Shown here piece after piece: positions 61,387 to 64,000 of a DNA stretch of 64,000 bases. The translations under genes were made by a program, and so were the position numbers. The DNA is taken from contig OZ244732.1 of the NCBI GenBank assembly GCA_965219345.1, positions 1,152,001 to 1,216,000 on the forward strand, read 5' to 3'. The DNA comes from Nitrosopumilus sp. (GTDB taxonomy: Archaea > Thermoproteota > Nitrososphaeria > Nitrososphaerales > Nitrosopumilaceae). The notes beneath the pieces are model-generated. The model did no database searches. It was not told the DNA's origin and saw only the letters and a program-made list of their open reading frames with translations. Each line of letters starts with the position of its first letter. The first letter of the stretch is position 1.

Positions 61387-61845
61387 ATGTTGTGGAAATT
61401 AGAATTAGATGAAGGTTATTTTCGTATATTTGATTCCAAAAAATTGATTGTAGGATATTTTGATCCTGATTATGGTGAAATTTTTCCAAAGGAAAATTCT
61501 GAAGAAATTATTTTATCCATGTTAAAAAATCATGACAAAATTTTAGGTGGAGTAATTATGATCCCTCTTGTCAAGTTTGGATTATTCGATACTGATTTGG
61601 ATACCAGTATTTCCGAAGTGGAACAAAATGTAAATCGAGTATCTGAACATTTACAAAAATGGAAAAATTTCTTATCTCAAACAGACCGTCATGTTCACTC
61701 TATTAGAATATCTCATACTGATCAAGATATGTTAACAATTACTTTTAAGATGGAATTTTCAAAACCAACACCTCTAGAAAAAACAAAGCTAATTGGGGAA
61801 ATTTTTCCTACCTTAGATTTGTTGCAGAAATCAGGTTTGGTATGA
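61387..61845 (+). CDS. hypothetical protein
   Basis: Intact 152-aa ORF. Confidence 0.6.
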   Translation: MLWKLELDEGYFRIFDSKKLIVGYFDPDYGEIFPKENSEEIILSMLKNHDKILGGVIMIPLVKFGLFDTDLDTSISEVEQNVNRVSEHLQKWKNFLSQTDRHVHSIRISHTDQDMLTITFKMEFSKPTPLEKTKLIGEIFPTLDLLQKSGLV

Positions 61846-62566
61846 TTCTGCCTGAATACTTAGTGATCCCAATATATGCAGATAATGTCCCTACTAACAA
61901 AACAAATGTTCCAGCAGGAAATTCTGGAACAGCTGCGTACTCTTCTGATTCTGCAATCAGTGTGTAATCATTTATTCCAGCAGTCTGGATTTTGTCAGAT
62001 ATTGCTACAACAAAGAACGCATTATCGTCTACTCTCAGGTAATCTGGTTCTGGGTGAACTCTAGACACTGCTGCAACATTTCCTTCTTTGTCGTAAAGTG
62101 TCGCAATCACTGCCACAGTGTTAGCTGTAATATCACCTTTATTGGTAACAGTGCCGGTTATCACCAAATTATTGTAATTATCTCTAGACAACTCTGATTC
62201 AATAATGTCTATGACCTGATTTTTTGGCGGACTAACCTTGTAATCTAATTCCAATGAGTATGATTTAGTTTTTTTTACTTCATAATCTGTTATAATAAGA
62301 TCAAATGGACTTTTCATTCCTGGCATGATTATGTTTACTAAGGAATTTGTCTCCTTTGTAACAATTAGGTGTCCATTTTCATCAAGTAAAGTTACATGAA
62401 CATTAATTTGGTTTAATGGAACTTCCAAGTTGTTTATAATTTCACCAATAATATGAAGTGCGTCATCATCTCCTATATACTGTTGATCATTTTGGATAAA
62501 CACTTCTCCAAATGCTAGTGGCGTTAATCCGACAAAAATAATTGTAATAATGAAAATTTTTTCCAT
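61808..62566 (-). CDS. secreted FxLYD-domain protein with a PEF-type C-terminal sorting signal
   Basis: Signal peptide, two GEI.N/GTV.N...ATLYD..G domains, VPEF followed by a TM helix. Confidence 0.75.
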   Translation of the reverse strand: MEKIFIITIIFVGLTPLAFGEVFIQNDQQYIGDDDALHIIGEIINNLEVPLNQINVHVTLLDENGHLIVTKETNSLVNIIMPGMKSPFDLIITDYEVKKTKSYSLELDYKVSPPKNQVIDIIESELSRDNYNNLVITGTVTNKGDITANTVAVIATLYDKEGNVAAVSRVHPEPDYLRVDDNAFFVVAISDKIQTAGINDYTLIAESEEYAAVPEFPAGTFVLLVGTLSAYIGITKYSGRIIPNLISATNLR

Positions 62567-62615
62567 GATTTCCTTGTGTTATATTCTTTAAAGAAGTTTA
62601 TGTCTAAATTTCTAT

Positions 62616-63305
62616 TCAAGGTAGGTGTTCAGTCTTCCATTTTTCTGCTTCATTGATACAATTGAACCAATCAATTTCCATACTATCCGAATCAAATTCC
62701 CCTGATTCGTTTCTAAATTCAGTATTACATTGACTTTTCTTATTTTCTGATACTTGGATGACTTTTTGTGTTAAACCACTTTGTGGGGCATCAAACTTTT
62801 CTCTTTCGTCATAATTTTTTACACCTGTCTTTGCTGAATAAAATTCAACTAATCCTTGCATCTCATATTCTAAAGCTTCTTGAAATTGCGTGTCTGATCT
62901 TATTTTTGCTGATTCATCTCCTGTTTTTATCCATTCAATGAGTTGTGAGTCACTTCCTAACTGAGTTTCAGATGAAATTTTTAACAATTCTACAGAACTC
63001 TTGAACAGTTCTGGCGGAGATAATTCATCATACCTAGAAATTATCTCTTTGAACTTCTTCAAGTGTTTTTCATAGTATTCCAACAATTCTTCTTTTGAAA
63101 TATCCCCTTCATTCCATCTAGTTTTTTCAGAATAGAACTTAATTTGTAACTCTTGAACCTCTTCTTGAATTTGTTCTAATCCAATTCCAAACTGTAGGCC
63201 TTTTTGTTTGGTTTGTTCAACTGAATAACTGTATGCTGCAATTGATCCAATAATTAGAATAGCAACTGAAGCAATTATGATGTTTTGAATTTTCTTTTTT
63301 TTCAA
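62616..63305 (-). CDS. membrane-anchored hypothetical protein
   Basis: N-terminal TM helix and helical ectodomain. Confidence 0.65.
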   Translation of the reverse strand: MKKKKIQNIIIASVAILIIGSIAAYSYSVEQTKQKGLQFGIGLEQIQEEVQELQIKFYSEKTRWNEGDISKEELLEYYEKHLKKFKEIISRYDELSPPELFKSSVELLKISSETQLGSDSQLIEWIKTGDESAKIRSDTQFQEALEYEMQGLVEFYSAKTGVKNYDEREKFDAPQSGLTQKVIQVSENKKSQCNTEFRNESGEFDSDSMEIDWFNCINEAEKWKTEHLP

Positions 63306-63592
63306 AGATAATCCATATAATTTCCGTTTTCGTCTAACTTTAGTTCAATTGTAAATTCAGTACCGCTGATAAATGAATCATTGCGAGTTGTTCTCACTCT
63401 TGCTATGACAAGCTCATATGGCCAAATCTCAACTACTATTGCACCTACTTTTGCAGTTGGTGTTTCTGTTAGTACAATGTCTTCACGCTTTACTCCGTGT
63501 TTTTCTAGCATGTGAAGAGTATGGTCTACTAGTGGTTGAGGATTGTTATAATTTAGCACCCAAACTGTTCCTTCATAATCAATTTTTTGCAA
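63302..63592 (-). CDS. hypothetical protein
   Basis: 96-aa ORF overlapping the next gene by 4 bp. Confidence 0.6.
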   Translation of the reverse strand: MQKIDYEGTVWVLNYNNPQPLVDHTLHMLEKHGVKREDIVLTETPTAKVGAIVVEIWPYELVIARVRTTRNDSFISGTEFTIELKLDENGNYMDYL

Positions 63593-64000
63593 TTTGAAAT
63601 AATCCTAACTAACTCATATAACAATTATTCAATCTACTAATTTCATGCCTGTTTTTTAACATTATAACAAATTTACTAATTAAAAATTATATTAATCTTG
63701 GTTAAAAAAACTATTATTTAACTTTAATTCTTAAGTAGATTCACTGGTTTCTGATTTTTTTTGTAAATACTGTAAATATGTACATCCATCCTTTATACCC
63801 AAATATTCTATCATATTTTTATGTAGTTACATACCCTTTCAAATCTTTTACAATGTTTTTGATTTGTTTTTCAGTCAAAGCATCTTGTCTTCTCATCAGA
63901 AAGAAATTGATTTTATCCAAGCTATGACAATAATATAATAAATAATATTCAACTTAATCTGCTTTTACTAAAAAATAACATTCATCACTCAACAGTGTTA

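Noticed and set aside
63600-64000. Very AT-rich end of the window as a possible origin or pseudogene
   Set aside because: No ORB-like boxes or cdc6 visible, only interrupted frames, and the context is cut by the window edge.

Overview
AT-rich archaeal chromosome segment. The gene content (AOA-type NirK, degenerate thaumarchaeal FtsZ, cupredoxins, CFI-box/PEF-type surface proteins, split MetH) points to an ammonia-oxidising archaeon of the Nitrosopumilus type. Most of the window is core backbone: argG, a nitrate/sulfonate-type ABC transporter, metH/metF, rpl39e/rpl31e/rpl15e, nadX/nadA/nadC, rpoE'/spt4, hppA, cyoE, cdc48, EF-1beta, pth2 and truD. The region ~21.6-36.6 kb is accessory. It holds (i) a broken cupredoxin gene ending in a 37-bp repeat / 38-bp insert / 37-bp repeat unit whose insert is antisense to hppA 21 kb away (31/38 nt), fused to a 5'-truncated DUF6293-like gene; (ii) a complete nurA-herA-mre11-rad50 operon; and (iii) a ~6.8-kb decaying integrative element between nadX and nadA. 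That element has a 7-bp att duplication, splits a 33-bp palindrome, and carries an integrase stub, nuclease and methyltransferase remnants and an intact UvrD-RecB-type helicase-nuclease. Non-coding elements missed by the ORF track include a box C/D sRNA (41396-41454) and a 120-bp element with 24-bp terminal inverted repeats (17890-18009). No tRNA, rRNA, cas gene or multi-spacer CRISPR array was seen. All family assignments come from motif recognition by eye, not from database searches.
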